DNA of 63,643 bases, filler included, from Saprolegnia diclina VS20 (GCF_000281045.1; 8 parts of 4 records of this genome joined end to end with filler, not necessarily neighbours in it), one strand, 5' to 3'. Counted from the first letter of the whole stretch, positions 1 through 12,894 are shown. Program-made: numbers and translations. The notes: a model not told the origin generated them from the letters alone.

Positions 1-292
1 TGCAGTGCCAGGTAGGCAGCTGTTGCAGTCTGGTGCTCGCTCCACGTGCGGATTGTGGTCGTGCCACATCTGAATTCCCCAGACCAGGATTGTTGGCCTC
101 TAGCTCAAAGATCGAGTCAGGCTGGCGGCGAGGCGCTGTAGGACAGAGTCAAAGGGGCTAAGGAGAGCCTGACAAGGTAGGGTTCGGGTTGGAAGAGGGC
201 TAGGGTTTCAATGATGTGCATGGACGCGGAGCTTAAAAGACCACAAGACAAAAGTGTGTAGATTCAAAACAGGGGTGCTGCTCTTGCATCGC

Positions 293-2050
293 TTACAAGG
301 GCGCGCCGATACCGCCATCAACCGACGACTTGCACTTGATGCCTTGGGCGCCACTGGCCATGGCGGCGGCGTTCGGCACGTAGTAGCAGTGGCCGCGCGC
401 GAGGCCGCCCTGCACGGTCTTGCTGAGGTCCATGCCGCCAAAGACCCAGTCCTTCCCAAAGGTCACAAACTGGACCTTGAGCCACTCCTTGGTGAAGCTG
501 AGCTCCATAAAGCCATACGGCGTGCCCGTCGCAAGCCATTGCCTACACAATAACTCGATGAGAGGTATCCTAGTACGGGAGGGTGTACGTGGTGACGTTG
601 GCGACGACGCTGGCGGAAGGCGACTGCGAGATGATGCCACCGCCGGCGCCGTTCTCAAAAAAGTGCGTGCCCCACGTCGACACATCGTGGTTGAAGCCGT
701 GCGTGTGGCCGTTGAACCAGGCTTGGACGTTCGTGGACTTGCAGAGGTCGAACCACACTTGCATCTTCATCGGGTTCATGTGGTACTGCGGCGAGTAGTG
801 CGTGTTGATGATCTTAAAGTCGGCCGTCGACGCGGCAATGTCCCGCTTGGCCTGCGTGAGCGAGTCTTCGGACCAATCGTTGAGCACCTTCATGCACGAC
901 TTGTACATGTCGGCGCTGCCACCGGCGCACGCCGGCTGCCCGACGTTCACGTTGTCGCACACAGTGCCCGGCAGCTTGAGCTTGGCCGCGTACCCGTAGC
1001 ACTGGCAGCAGATCTCGTTGGCGCCGTGGCTGTCGGCGTAGTTGGTATCCAAGTTGAAGATGTCGATCGAGACGCCGTTCTTGGTGACGCGCTCGACGTA
1101 GTAGTGGTCCTGGAGCGACCACCTAGACACATGTCCTTAGCCTCGGCAGCGAATACACACGTCGAACTGTACCGGTTGCCATTCGGGCTCACGTACGCCT
1201 TTTGCAAGTCGAAGCGCTCGTTGAGGTTCTTGACGAGGTCGGCCGAGTCGACGCACTCGCGGAACTTGTTGTCCTCGTCGCCGCAGATGAAGCCCGAGCC
1301 GCCAATGTCGTGGTTGCCAACGACGTTGATCCACTTGATGTTGGCGAGCGACGGCTGGTTGTACTTATCTTCAAACGTCGTCTGGAATCGATACCCGACA
1401 TCTTTGGTGCCAACTCCGTCCCAGTACATGTTGTCGCCGTGCCCGATGATGCGCACGGGCTGGAGCTCGGTGGCCGACTGCGCGAGGAGCGTTGACACGT
1501 ACTGCTGCGCGTAGTAGTCGACCTTGTAGCGCGGGTTGCGCGTGTCAACCGCGCCGTTGTACAACACGCAGCACGAGCCGGGGTTGCCGTTGGCCTTGCC
1601 CGTCGTGCTGCCCCAGTCGCCAATCGCGAGCATCGTCACCGCCGGCGACTGCGTCTCCGGGTCCGGCATCGGGATGCCGTTGCTCGTCGACGTCACCGAC
1701 GCCGTGACACCACTCGCCGGCGCCGCCGTTGACGTCGACGTGGCGTTGCCGCCCGACGCGACCGACGCATCCGCCGTACTCGCGTTCTCGCCGTTGACAA
1801 AGATCGACGCCGCCGTGACGGCAATGGCGACGAGGGCGACGCCACCGAGTGCGCCAAACACGAGGTTGCGCCGCTTGGTGGTCTACGCACGATTGTGACG
1901 CGTGCTTCGTGGAGCTCGTGTGGCGTACCGCGGTTGTGCCACTGAGCAAGCCGGCGGATTCGAGGTTCTCGGGCGTCTGTCTTGTCGGAGTCTATGCATA
2001 CGCCTTCTAGAACTAGGAGACGAGGAGGCGCGCACCTGCACGGAAGCCAT
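293..2050 (-). CDS. Calcineurin-like metallophosphoesterase (purple/tartrate-resistant acid phosphatase type), type II membrane-anchored; paralog 1 of 5
   Basis: Motifs GDWG, GDNMY, GNHD, NTHYSP, GHTH. N-terminal hydrophobic anchor followed by a S/T/A-rich stalk. Manually spliced GT-AG introns 1992-2035, 1883-1928, 1123-1172 and 543-588 join the ORF pieces in frame; the two 5' exons are less certain. Confidence 0.9.
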
Positions 2051-4103
2051 TGTCGCGGCCAAGAGCGCTTTTGCGATGTGCGAAGGCGACGCCAGCGGCG
2101 CCAGGTCTGGTGCAAACCCTTCATAATGAATACCCTTCCACATTGCAAGATTTGAATTCAGATTTCGTATTATATAGCCTATAAAAGACCTGTCAAATAG
2201 AATATATTGGCTTATTACATACTTCAATATGACAACCAACCCACGGTGGGATCCAAGTGGTATCCTAGAAACGTCGAGGCCTAATTAGGATCTTTCCCTT
2301 GAGGGCAAGAGGTCTCAACTGCAATATTCTCCAACACCTTGCAAATAATAGTACGTCCTAGCAATTGCAAACTAATATATAGCACTACGATAAGAGAAAG
2401 AGCTATGGAACCGAGATAGCTAACTGAAATGTGTGCTGTCAGTGCGAGGAGCTGCACCTTGAGCACCTTCACGGAGGCCTATCACCCAGCACTTTGCCGC
2501 GCGCAGACGCATCCCCCTCCGCCTCCTCCTCACCACACGTTCGTGGCGATGTGCCAATAAGCCTACTATAGACAAATCTGTGCATTTCCACTGGTGGAAT
2601 GGACGCGATACAGCCACCACCGGATGTACAACTTGTCTCGCAACCGACGCCGAGGACCATCTTGCCTCGAACCGCGAGGCCTGCGGCAACGACACGCCTG
2701 GCAACGAGTCGGCTCCGAGTTTGCACGTGGTCAAGGGAACTTGCAACAAATTCCCTTGCGCGTCGTCGTAGTGATATAAGCAAGAGTCTCAGCCGCGTGC
2801 AGGCGCGTACAGGATGGCAAGCCCGGGTTGTCAATGATGACTGGAATCGTACTTGGCCAAGAGGGAAGGCCATGGCCAGGCTCTGTTTGCTCGTGCACCA
2901 TGGTGGTATGACTACCGACAGCCGTCGGACGCCATGCAAGTGCTCTCTGGCACAGGTCCTATCCGACCCAAAGGAGTTTATGGCAGAAAGCACTCGATCA
3001 TGCACCAATACGATTCGCAGGTGGACTGGACGAGTGGACCGAGAAGCGCCAACGACGCCCATGATTCGCTCGTGACCAGTCGACGCTCCCAATGCCAAGA
3101 ACCCGATGCTTTTGCGGAGACGTGAGCTGCTTGATTCCAGACCAAGCCACCCATCAGAACCTCCATCCATCAGGAAGGATAGATAGGTTGGGAACCGCAG
3201 CCAAGAACGCTGGCGCAATGATGCTTCGGGCGCTTCGAGATGCGTGCAGAGTGACCTTGAACGGCGCACGTTGCACCCGGTATACATAGCCGCGCACGGG
3301 CTTCCGTTGGCTGCTTTTGTCGTGGAAACATCAGCTGCGTAGTGTTGTTGCGCCGGCGTACCCACACCACTCAAGTGGCAAGGCCGGGGCAAGAGCTCGG
3401 GGCAAGGCGCGTGACTGCGTACGTTACCAAGGCGGCCGCGACTGCTAACGTAATGACATCAAATTTTGTTGGCATGTGCAATCCCGCGTACGTGATATTT
3501 CCAAGCACCAAGACCTTACTTCTAAAAGCCCAGTATAGTATATATCGCTGGTCGCTTGGCTTCCCTCGGCTTCTTGCTTCACCTGCGCTCGCAGCTCTCC
3601 CATGACAAGGTTGTTGTCGTCACGCCGTTGGGTGCCATCAGATTGCACCGTATCTCTTCCCAGTATATAAACAATCGACTAACAAAAGCAGCAAGAAGCG
3701 AGCGCTACGAGCGTATTGTGCTAGCAATGGTCGTCCTGTGAGCCTCGCGCCTCAAGTGCTCCACTAAGCACGCAGACCATCACCATGGTTGAATGATCTT
3801 GACGCCGGCGAAAGCGTCGCTACACCCTAGAGGACAGTGAGCATCTGGGCTGGCCTGTCCGGCAAAAGCGCACCGATTATCCGACTATCCGCCCCTAATA
3901 TCGAATATACAGCACCGAACTGAATGTATCCAGGTGCGAGATTGCCCTTTGTCGGATGTGACACATGGTCGTTACGACGACGCTGGCTTGCCTGTGGACA
4001 AGTGTTTCTGCGCCGCCGACGTCATAAGCCAGACGAGAGCCGTACCTCGTCATATCGCAGCCTTCTCCATCTCCATCCTCTGAGCACGCCAGCGACGATC
4101 GCC

Positions 4104-5964
4104 ATGCCAAGCCGACGTTCAGACTACAACTTGCATCGGATGAGCTACGAAGACAGCATCGCCGTGCTCGACGAGCTGCCATCGCAAAAGGAGGCGCACA
4201 CGGCCCGGGTACGCCGCCATGGTCAATGAATGACGGCTCATGCGACGCCTATGTAGCGGCGCCGCCTCGTTATCTTTGGCGCGATGGGTGTCTTTGTTGT
4301 CCTCGGCGCCATCGCGGTCACGACCATGGTGCTCATGAAGAACGGCACGACCGAGTCGTCGACGTCGGCCAACGACAGCGGCAACAAGACCAGCGGTAGC
4401 ACCACAAACGGCGGTGGCGCCAACGCTAATGGCGGCGGTGGCGGCACCTCGACGCCCGACAAGCCGGTCGTTGACCCTTCGACCGGGAAGCTCGCGCTCA
4501 AGCCGACGACGGACCCGGAGACCGCGCCCGTGGCACTGACGCTGCTCGCGATCGGCGATTGGGGCGGCTCCGCCCTCAAAGTCAGCGGCTCCAACGAGAA
4601 CGCTGGCAGTTGCTGCATCTGGTACAAGAACAAGATCCAGCCCGAGACTGCACGCTTCAAGGTCGACTTTTGGGCGCAGAAGCACGTGGCCGCGCTCATG
4701 GGCATGTCGGCGAAGGAGCTCAAGCCGCTCGCGGTCCTGAGCCACGGCGATAACTTTTACTGGAACGGGATTGCGAAGAACAACTACAAGTACCGCTTCC
4801 AAGACACGTTTGAAGACACGTACAACGACCCGGCGCTCATGGCCGTGCCGTGGGTCAACGTCGTCGGCAACCACGACATTGGCGGCGCCCACTTTATCTG
4901 CGGCGACGGCTGGGACAAGGACGACAACTTTTTCGAGTGCGAAGACACGGCCATGATGTCCAAGTACCTCAAGGAGCGCTTTGATTTGCAAAAAAACTAT
5001 GTGAGCCCCAACAACAACCGGTACGACAATGTCTTTGCATCAATATTTTGAGGACAATATTGACCATCGTATGTGTATGATCAGGTGGCTTCTCAAGGAC
5101 CACTATTTCGTGCACTCGGTCTCCAAGAACGGTGTCTCGGTCGACATTTTCAACGTCGACACCAACCACGCCGACAACCACGGCGCGTCCCAAGTGTGCT
5201 GCCAGTGCTTTGGGTACTCGTACAAGTACGACTATGACAGCACCAAGTGCGACGACGTCAAAGTCGGCAGCAAAATGTGTGCCGGTGGCAGCGCCGAGAT
5301 GTACAACACGTGCATGGAGACGCTCGAAGGCTGGGCCCAAGACTCGCTCACGCAAGCGCTCAAGGACATGAAGGCGTCCAAAGCGACGTTCAAGGTTGTC
5401 AACACCCACTTTAGCCCGCAGTACCACATGAACCCCCAGCGCGCCCAGAAATGGTACCACCGACAATATTTTCCATTTTTATGGAATCTCATTTGTTAAA
5501 CTAGGTACGATGTGCTCAAGGCCGGCAACGCCAGTCTCTGGATCAACGGCCACACGCACGGCTTTGACCACGGCATCAGCACCTTTGGTACGCACCTCGT
5601 CGAGAACGGCGGTGGCGGCGGTATCGTCACGAAGGCGTCCAACTCGGGCTCGGACGCAATCGTCAAGAAGTACGTGCTGCGATGTCCGCTTCGTGTGCTC
5701 ATATCTTGTAGTGTTTGGACGGCCGGCGGCAACCCGTACGGCTTTATGGAGCTCAGCTTCTCCAAGGAGTGGCTCAAGGTGCAGTTTGCGACGTTCGACA
5801 AAAGCTGGGTCTTTGCCGGCAACGACCTCACGGCGACCGTCAAGGGTGGCGTCGCGCGTGGGCACTGCTGGTTCATTCCGAGTGGTCAGTTCATTGCCCC
5901 CGGCTCCCAGGGTGTCGAGTGCAAGAGCTCCATCAACGGCGCCATCGGCGCCCCCGCCCGATAA
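4104..5964 (+). CDS. Calcineurin-like metallophosphoesterase (acid phosphatase type); paralog 2 of 5
   Basis: Motifs GDWG, GDNFY, GNHD, NTHFSP, GHTH. Introns 4209-4256, 5021-5084, 5454-5504 and 5670-5711 keep the frame. Alternative start ATG at 4140. Confidence 0.9.
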
Positions 5965-6544
5965 TTCCCAACAAAATCAAGTAATATGAGTTCTTTATCG
6001 CCTAGTCCACTAGTCCACTATATTACTAGTAGGAGTAGTCGCAGCGTGTACACGTTGTCCCTGCAACGAGTGCCCATACAAAAGAATGCCTGGCTTCCTT
6101 TTCCCGGTCTCGCCTTCCGGTAGGACTGAACCGATTTCTAAATCGGTCATCATACTTTGCGTCATCCTCCTAAATATATCCTATTTAGGAGGAAGCATGA
6201 TGACCGAAAGCAATCGCCCTAATTAGGATATGGCCTGACCTTGCACTTGGGTGGTTCGACGCATTGATAGGCGCTTCCATTTTTGCACCCTCTTCCTTTG
6301 GCAGCGCAGGCAGCAGTCGCATTGGTGCATCAAGCCGTAGCAGTGCGAGCGTCCCTACTGCCGGTACGAAGACCTTTCGACTCAAGTGAACAAACGGCGC
6401 CACCGGGCCTGGGCGGCTGCGTCCGACGATAGGCCGATACTCTCGGCCAATCACCGAGCACCGATGCTGCGTTTCTTCTGATCGGGCTGGAAAGTGCAAG
6501 GTCGTATCTTTGGTCATTCCTGCCGAGCTCTCCTGCCGACGACG

Positions 6545-7480
6545 ATGCGCCTCGCCGTCTTCGCCCTCGTAGTATCGCTCTCCCATGCGTCCATCGACGT
6601 CGTCGTGCAGTCGTCAAGCCTCGTTTCGGCGCGGACTTTCCCCATCGATCTCGAGAGCACAACGATCGAAATTGTACCCCGCGGCGAGCGGCTTCGCGAC
6701 GCGACCTTTGCGTGGACGTCGCAGTACGGCTACGTTGCGCTGCACGCACACAACACGATCCTCGACGGCATCAACGAAGCAGGCCTCTCTGCGGCTCTTC
6801 TTGACTGGGGCACATCGATCCCGGTGCCCGGTGGCGCCGACGGTCGTCCCGTCATTACCGCGCTCGTGCCGTTTGTGTTGAGCAACTTTGGCTCGCTCGA
6901 CGACGTGCAGGCTGGCCTCGCCCATGTCCGCCTCCGGCCCATGGCGCAGCATGCGTGGCGCCTCACGGTCCATGATGGCAAAGGCCACAGCCTTATTCTG
7001 AACGCGACCAACCACGTGCTCGACGCGCCCCGCGTCGTACAAGCTGTCGGCGACGCCAAGACGACGCAGTCGCTCCGCCAACACGATGCCACGCGGCTCG
7101 TGCGCGTGGGAGCAGCCGATGCGAGTGCGGCGACCGGTGTCCCCTCGGCAGTCGCCGGCGCCATCGCCCGCTTTGACGCGACGTACACGATCCAAGCGTC
7201 GGCGCAAAGTCTTCTCGTGCGCGATCACGACGCCAAGACGCTCTATTTGAAAAACATGGCGTCGCCGTCAGTTGTGCATCAAATTCCATTCGACGCCGAC
7301 TTGGTCGACCGCACGACGCTGCAGCTCGCAGATGACACTGCGCTGCTGGCGGTCAACTCGTGGACCAATGTGATTCTGGGGTGGGTGCTATTGCTCTTGT
7401 GCATTGCGCTCTCGATCGCGTCGGCCCAAGCTTTCATGCGCCGTCAAGGCTACCACCACCTCCAGTTGATCCACAAGTAG
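6545..7480 (+). CDS. Choloylglycine hydrolase / penicillin V acylase-like Ntn-hydrolase fold protein with signal peptide and C-terminal TM helix; catalytic residues degenerate
   Basis: Intronless ORF with signal peptide MRLAVFALVVSLSHA, VSARTF, IVPRG, W-S-YGYV, DGINEAGLS (family motif DGxNExGL), H-tvhDgkGhS, VRDH..k.LYlk, and a hydrophobic C-terminal segment ILGWVLLLLCIALSIA. Confidence 0.75.
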   Translation: MRLAVFALVVSLSHASIDVVVQSSSLVSARTFPIDLESTTIEIVPRGERLRDATFAWTSQYGYVALHAHNTILDGINEAGLSAALLDWGTSIPVPGGADGRPVITALVPFVLSNFGSLDDVQAGLAHVRLRPMAQHAWRLTVHDGKGHSLILNATNHVLDAPRVVQAVGDAKTTQSLRQHDATRLVRVGAADASAATGVPSAVAGAIARFDATYTIQASAQSLLVRDHDAKTLYLKNMASPSVVHQIPFDADLVDRTTLQLADDTALLAVNSWTNVILGWVLLLLCIALSIASAQAFMRRQGYHHLQLIHK

Positions 7481-8282
7481 TCGAATAGTCTTTTCAATTG
7501 CATGTCCTTTAACATATCTCAATGTGATGTCGTTCACTTCTCTTTCGTGGCCATTGTCGAGCTGTTCGACAATGACTACAAACCCCAATGGCGGAGCTCA
7601 AGGGCGGCACAAGCCGTCGAGACAACTGGACGGAGCAGCCACCAGGAGCTGGTTGGCCCAGGATGTGGCTAGAGAACGCAACTCTCAGCATTTCAGAGCT
7701 GAGAAAAGACTAAGAGTTGCTGAGAGGATAACGAAAGCAATGCGAGCTACTGTACTGCAAAGGTGGCAACAGCTCATGAGGCAACAGCTGGGTCCTCAGG
7801 GTTCCGCAGACGAGCGTGTCCAAGTCGTTCTTGATGTATCACGTCGGCGACCAAGACCATGACCAAATCTGATGTGACCTGCGACTTGCCTGCGATGGCA
7901 CGGGCGGTGACAGCTACTGGAAGGTCTTTGGCGAGATGACTGATCTTGCCAGTGGAGGTGATCGTCGTGAGCCCGGGTCAGGGGTCGGGGTTCGGTGCCG
8001 TCGGTGTTGGCACAAATGTCGAAGCCATGCCGGTGCCATCGGTACAGAAGTGTAGAGCGACCGCAATGGCGGCGGAGCTAGCGTGTGAACAGGTTGGCAC
8101 CCATCGGACCGAGAATCTGCGGACATGAAAGATCGACCGCCGTGTACATGTGATTAGTCAGTCGCCAGCATAATTTCGTGTATCCATATCCATGCGTGAA
8201 ACACTATAATTTGAGAGAATATTGGGCGTTTTGCGGCGGCTGTTCGCGGTCATTTTTGAACGCAGTCGTCGGTGCGCACACA

Positions 8283-10048
8283 ATGCCGTCGCCTTCGTAT
8301 CTCGGGGACCACGCTGCGGACGACCACATTGCGGTGCTCGATACGCCGACGTCGCCGCAGCCGCAGGTACGCCCCCCGCGCTAATAACCACCTGAAGTCG
8401 ACATCGTAGCGGAAGCGGAAGTGGCTCGTCTTTAGTGTCCTCGGCCTCGTCGTAGTCGGTGGTGCGATTGCGACGACCTTTGCCGTGCTCTACTCGAAAT
8501 CGCCGTCGTCGGCGCCACCGGCAACGGCCTCGGACGCTGCGATTGGTGGAGGAGCGGCGAACGACACGACCTTGCCGAGCGTCAACGGCGAGGACTTGCG
8601 CAAGACGCCCAAACCGACCACCGTGGACGTCAATCCCAAGAGCGACCCGGAGAAGGCAACGATGGCCTTCTCGATGCTTGCGATTGGCGACTGGGGTAGC
8701 ACGACGGGCAAGGTCACCGGCTCGAACGAGAACGCTGGTAGCTGCTGCATCTTGTACAGCGACCGCGTCAACCCAAACGAAGACCGGTTCAAAGTCGACT
8801 TTTGGTCCCAGAAGCACGTGGCCATGCTCCTCGGCAAGTCGGCGAGTGAGCTCAAGCCCGTTCGGATCCTCGGGCATGGGGACAACATGTACTGGAACGG
8901 CGTCGGCTCGAAAGACGTGACGTACCGGTTCACCGAAACCTTTGAGAACGTCTACAACCAGCCGTCGCTCGCCGGTATCAAGTGGCTCAACGTTGCCGGC
9001 AACCACGACATTGGCGGCTCGAGCTTCGTGTGCGGCGACAAGGACAATGAGTTTCGCGAGTGCACGAGCACGGCCGAGCTGCTCGCAGCGCTCGACGAAC
9101 GCTTCTCGCTGCAGCAAAAATATGTGAGCCCCGACCAGCAGCGGTACTATCTTCGTCTTCGCACTCTCGGAATATCTCATGGACTAGTATGAACTAGGTG
9201 GGTGCTCAAGGACCACTACTATGTCGAGTCGTTTGAGAAGGATGGTGTCTCAGTCGACATCTTCAACATCGACACCAACCACGCCGACAGCCACGGCGCC
9301 CGCCAAGTGTGCTGTCAGTGCTTTGGCTATTCGGGCAAGCTCAAGCTGCCGAGCAAGACGTGCGACAGCGTGCTGCCGGGCGACGCGCGCTGCGCGGGCG
9401 GCAACGCCGACATGTACAAGGCGTGTATGGACAAGATCGAGTCGTGGGCGCAGGACTCGTACACGCAGGCGGCGCGGGACCTCAAGGCGTCGACCGCTAC
9501 CTTCAAGATCATCAACACGCATTATTCGCCGCACTACCACATGGGCGAACCCAAGATGAAGGCGTGGTACAAGCTCTGCAAGGACTACGGCGTCAATGCA
9601 TGGTTCAACGGCCACACGCACGGCTTCAACCACGACATTGCGAATTGGGGCACCCACTTTTTCGAGAACGGCGGCGGCGGCGGCATCTATACCAAGTCGG
9701 CCAACGGCGCGACGACTGACTACGTCAAGAGGTACGCCAATCCCATCCTCATGCATTCCTGAATGTTGTCTGACCCTTCTTCTGTCCACTCGTAGTCAAT
9801 GGATGGCCGGCGGGTTTCCGTACGGCTTTATGGAGCTCAGTTTCTCGGCCGACTGGCTCAAAGTCCAGTTTGCCACTTTCGACCAAGCGTGGCAGTTTGG
9901 CGGCAACGCGCTCGAGAGCACGACCCAAGGCGGCGTCCGGCGCGGCCACTGCTGGTTCGTGCCCCACGCCAAGGCGGCAGCGCTCGGTGCAGTCGGCGTT
10001 GAATGCAAGTCCTCGGTCAACGGCGCAATTGGCGCCCCACTCACCTAA
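8283..10048 (+). CDS. Calcineurin-like metallophosphoesterase (acid phosphatase type); paralog 3 of 5
   Basis: Motifs GDWG, GDNMY, GNHD, NTHYSP, GHTH. Introns 8367-8409, 9144-9197 and 9732-9795. INR-like TCATTTT at 8250. Confidence 0.9.
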
Positions 10049-10540
10049 GCTTCAAGCTCTAAGCTTCTAAGATCGAAGACGACGTTATCGGCAGCGCACG
10101 CTTGGTCTTGCGACAGGCGCGTCCGATCTTTTCATCACCGGAGCGTCGCGGTCGACTGCGATACTCACGCTGTTACACTCAGCGCACGTCGAAAGCCAGC
10201 GCCAGTGTAGTTCCCAGGACCTTCCCAGCGACGTTCTTGGTCGCCTTGGTGTGCGAGCTCCAGGGCGCGCATCGAAGTGGAGACATGGACCCAACCTCGA
10301 GATGTCCCACTGTCGATGGCGTCCGCGTCGCGGTGTGGCGACCGCGACACGGAAACGGCAAAGTGGAAGATCGAGACAGACCTGAGACTTTGAAGCCAAA
10401 TGAGACATACTTGGTAATTTGCAGAAAGGCCAGACCGGCGCGTATACAAACTTGAAGTCATGACGATCTTGACGACCTGCACATTACGCTGGGAGAGGTG
10501 GCAGCAGGCTCATTCGTGGACGCCACCGGCCAAAGCCTCT

Positions 10541-10555
10541 TCATTCTTCCATTTC
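10541..10555 (+). promoter_or_regulatory. Oomycete INR+FPR core promoter element
   Basis: TCATTCTTCCATTTC matches the oomycete consensus TCATTYBNNNWTTY and lies 47 nt upstream of the ATG at 10588. Confidence 0.65.
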
Positions 10556-10587
10556 GACCCGACGCCGCGGTCGACCTACACTTGCTC

Positions 10588-12232
10588 ATGACCATGTCAC
10601 CGGACGACTACCTCCAGGAGCCCACGGCGGTGCTCGACAGCAGCAAGCCCGTCTCGTCGGCTGGCCGGGTAGGCGTCTATCTTTGCTTTTACATGTTGCT
10701 CATGCGCTGTGTAGAAGAAGAAGATTATGATGGCGGTCGGCGGTGTCGTTGTCCTTGCCGTCGCTGCGACCGTGATTGCAGTTGTCGCCACAAAGAAGAG
10801 CGACGCGTCGACGTCGACGGGCGGTGACAAGGCGACGCCCATGACGACGCCGGTCCCGACGACAGGCGATACGTCCATCGACACGTCCTTGGTCATGCCC
10901 AAGAACGAGACGGTCGATATGAAGAAGTTCAACCCGACGACCGACCCCGAGACGATGACGCCGGCGCTGACGATGCTTGCGATTGGCGACTGGGGCAGCT
11001 CGCCCGGCAAGGTCAGCGGCTCGGACGACAACCCGGGCAGTTGCTGCATCGTATACGGCAAGAAGACCAACCCGAGCGAAAACCGGTACAAGGTCGACTT
11101 TTGGTCGCAGAACCACGTCGCTGCCATGATGGCCATGTCGGCCAAGGACCTCAAGCCCATCCGCGTCATTGGCCACGGCGACAACTTCTACTGGGACGGT
11201 CTCGGCGGTACCGACAAGGCGTCGCGCTTTGCCAACACGTTCGAAGGTGTCTACAACGACCCGGCGCTCAAGGGCATCAAGTGGGTCAACGTGCTCGGTA
11301 ACCACGACATTGGTGGCGCCGCGTACCTCTGCGGCGCCGAGACGGCCGAGTTTCTCAAGTGCAAGAGCGGCGACGAGCTCGTCAAGAACCTCAAGCTCCG
11401 TGCGCAGTACCAGATGGAGTACAAGTCGCCCGACAACGACCGGTGGTTGCTCAAGGACTTCTACTACGTCGAGTCGGCGACCGCTGGCGGCGTGACCGTC
11501 GATATCTTCAACATCGACACCAACTACGCCGACAACCATGGCGCGATGCAAGTGTGCTGTCAGTGCTTTGGCTATGGCGCCGAGATCCCCAACTTTGCCA
11601 ACTCCAAGTGCGAAGATGCGCAGCCGGGCCAGCCCGAGTGCGCTGGTGGCGACGTCGGGATGTACAACGCGTGCATGGACACGATCAACGGCTGGGGCAA
11701 AGACTCGCTCAAGCAGCTCGACCGCGACCTGAAGGCGTCCAAGGCCAACTTCAAGATCATCAACACGCACTACTCGCCGCAGCACCACATGAGCCCGGAC
11801 AAGCAAAAGGTCATTTTCCACATCGCCAAGGAGAACAACGTGCAGCTCTTCATGAACGGCCACACGCACGCCTTCTCGCACGACACGACGGCGTGGGGCA
11901 CGCATTTCATTGAGAACGGCGGCGGCGGTGGCATCTACACCAAGTCGGGTAACGCGCTCTCGAACGACTATGTCAAGAACGTCTGGGTCGCGGGCGGCAA
12001 CCCGTACGGCTTTTTCGAGCTCAGCTTCTCCAAGGACTGGCTCAAGACGCAGTTTGTTACGTTCGATAAGAGCTGGAGCTTTGCTGGCAACAGCCTCGAA
12101 GGCACCAAGAAGGGCGGCATTGCGCGCGGTCACTGCTGGTACATCCCGAGCGCCGAGTACACGGCCAAGGGCGCGCCCGGCATCGAGTGCAAGAGCTCGA
12201 TCAACACGCCGCTCGGGGCGCCCCTCGGCTAA
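10588..12232 (+). CDS. Calcineurin-like metallophosphoesterase (acid phosphatase type); paralog 4 of 5
   Basis: All metal-ligand motifs lie in one long exon (10715-12232). Single 5' intron at 10669-10714. KKK followed by a TM anchor and a T/P-rich stalk. Confidence 0.92.
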
Positions 12233-12513
12233 GACAGCAATCAGTTTTGCGCGGTACTATACTATAAACACAATGCATGTTGATACACTGATACGTTGAT
12301 ACAAAGCAAAACGGTGGCAGACGAAGACAAGTGCGAGAGATGCCGGTGGAACTTTGGAGCCGAGTGCTGGAATACTAGGTCTGGTGTTCTAGTCTTCTAG
12401 TCTTCTGTCCTTCGAATCCGAAGACGATATTCGAATCTGCTCGCCTGCCAGCTTGCACTTGGTGCAGTGTACACCACACGACAACGCGCCACGCCCAACG
12501 CACCCGTGTCACC

Positions 12514-12747
12514 ATGAAGCGCACCGTGCTCGCTCTCGTGACCGTCGCTGCAGCCCCGAGTCTCGGCGATATCCAGCGTGCAGGCTGCGAGTACGATGTG
12601 CCTACGATGGTGCCAGCTGGGAAGCCCGCCGGTTGCGGGTCGTGCAACAACTGCTTCTACGCGCCCCACAACAACCAGTGCTGGGACAACTGGACAAAGC
12701 AAGATTGTCTGGCCAACATGTACTATACGTGGTGCGGACCCAACTAG
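12514..12747 (+). CDS. Small secreted cysteine-rich protein (77 aa)
   Basis: ATG in ACCATGA context, signal peptide MKRTVLALVTVAAA, C-terminal CxxCxxC-x8-C-x8-C-x8-C (..WCG) module, coding-like codon usage. Confidence 0.75.
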   Translation: MKRTVLALVTVAAAPSLGDIQRAGCEYDVPTMVPAGKPAGCGSCNNCFYAPHNNQCWDNWTKQDCLANMYYTWCGPN

Positions 12748-12894
12748 CCATTCCTTTTTGACTAACCCTCTGATACACTCGAGTACGCTGAGATCATCGA
12801 CAAAGTTAACAAAATGACATTCTGTATATTTCAGCGAATATACAAAAGGTACTTGTACAACTAGAGTTAATTGCGATGGCTCTGGTAAGCATGG

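Noticed and set aside
2469..3392. ORFs in the intergenic stretches 2.1-4.1 kb, 19.7-22.2 kb and 36.5-38.3 kb
   Set aside because: No motifs and no coding-like codon bias; treated as promoter or intergenic DNA.
7524..7990. Compositionally odd segment with a short inverted repeat (CTCTCAGCA/TGCTGAGAG) as a transposon remnant
   Set aside because: No terminal repeats, TSD or transposase/RT motifs could be identified.
10700..12133. Long antisense ORFs (e.g. 420-1514, 10700-12133, 17309-19072, 22122-23363, 32181-33629, 56030-57445) as overlapping genes
   Set aside because: Shadow frames expected opposite GC3-rich genes; no independent motifs.
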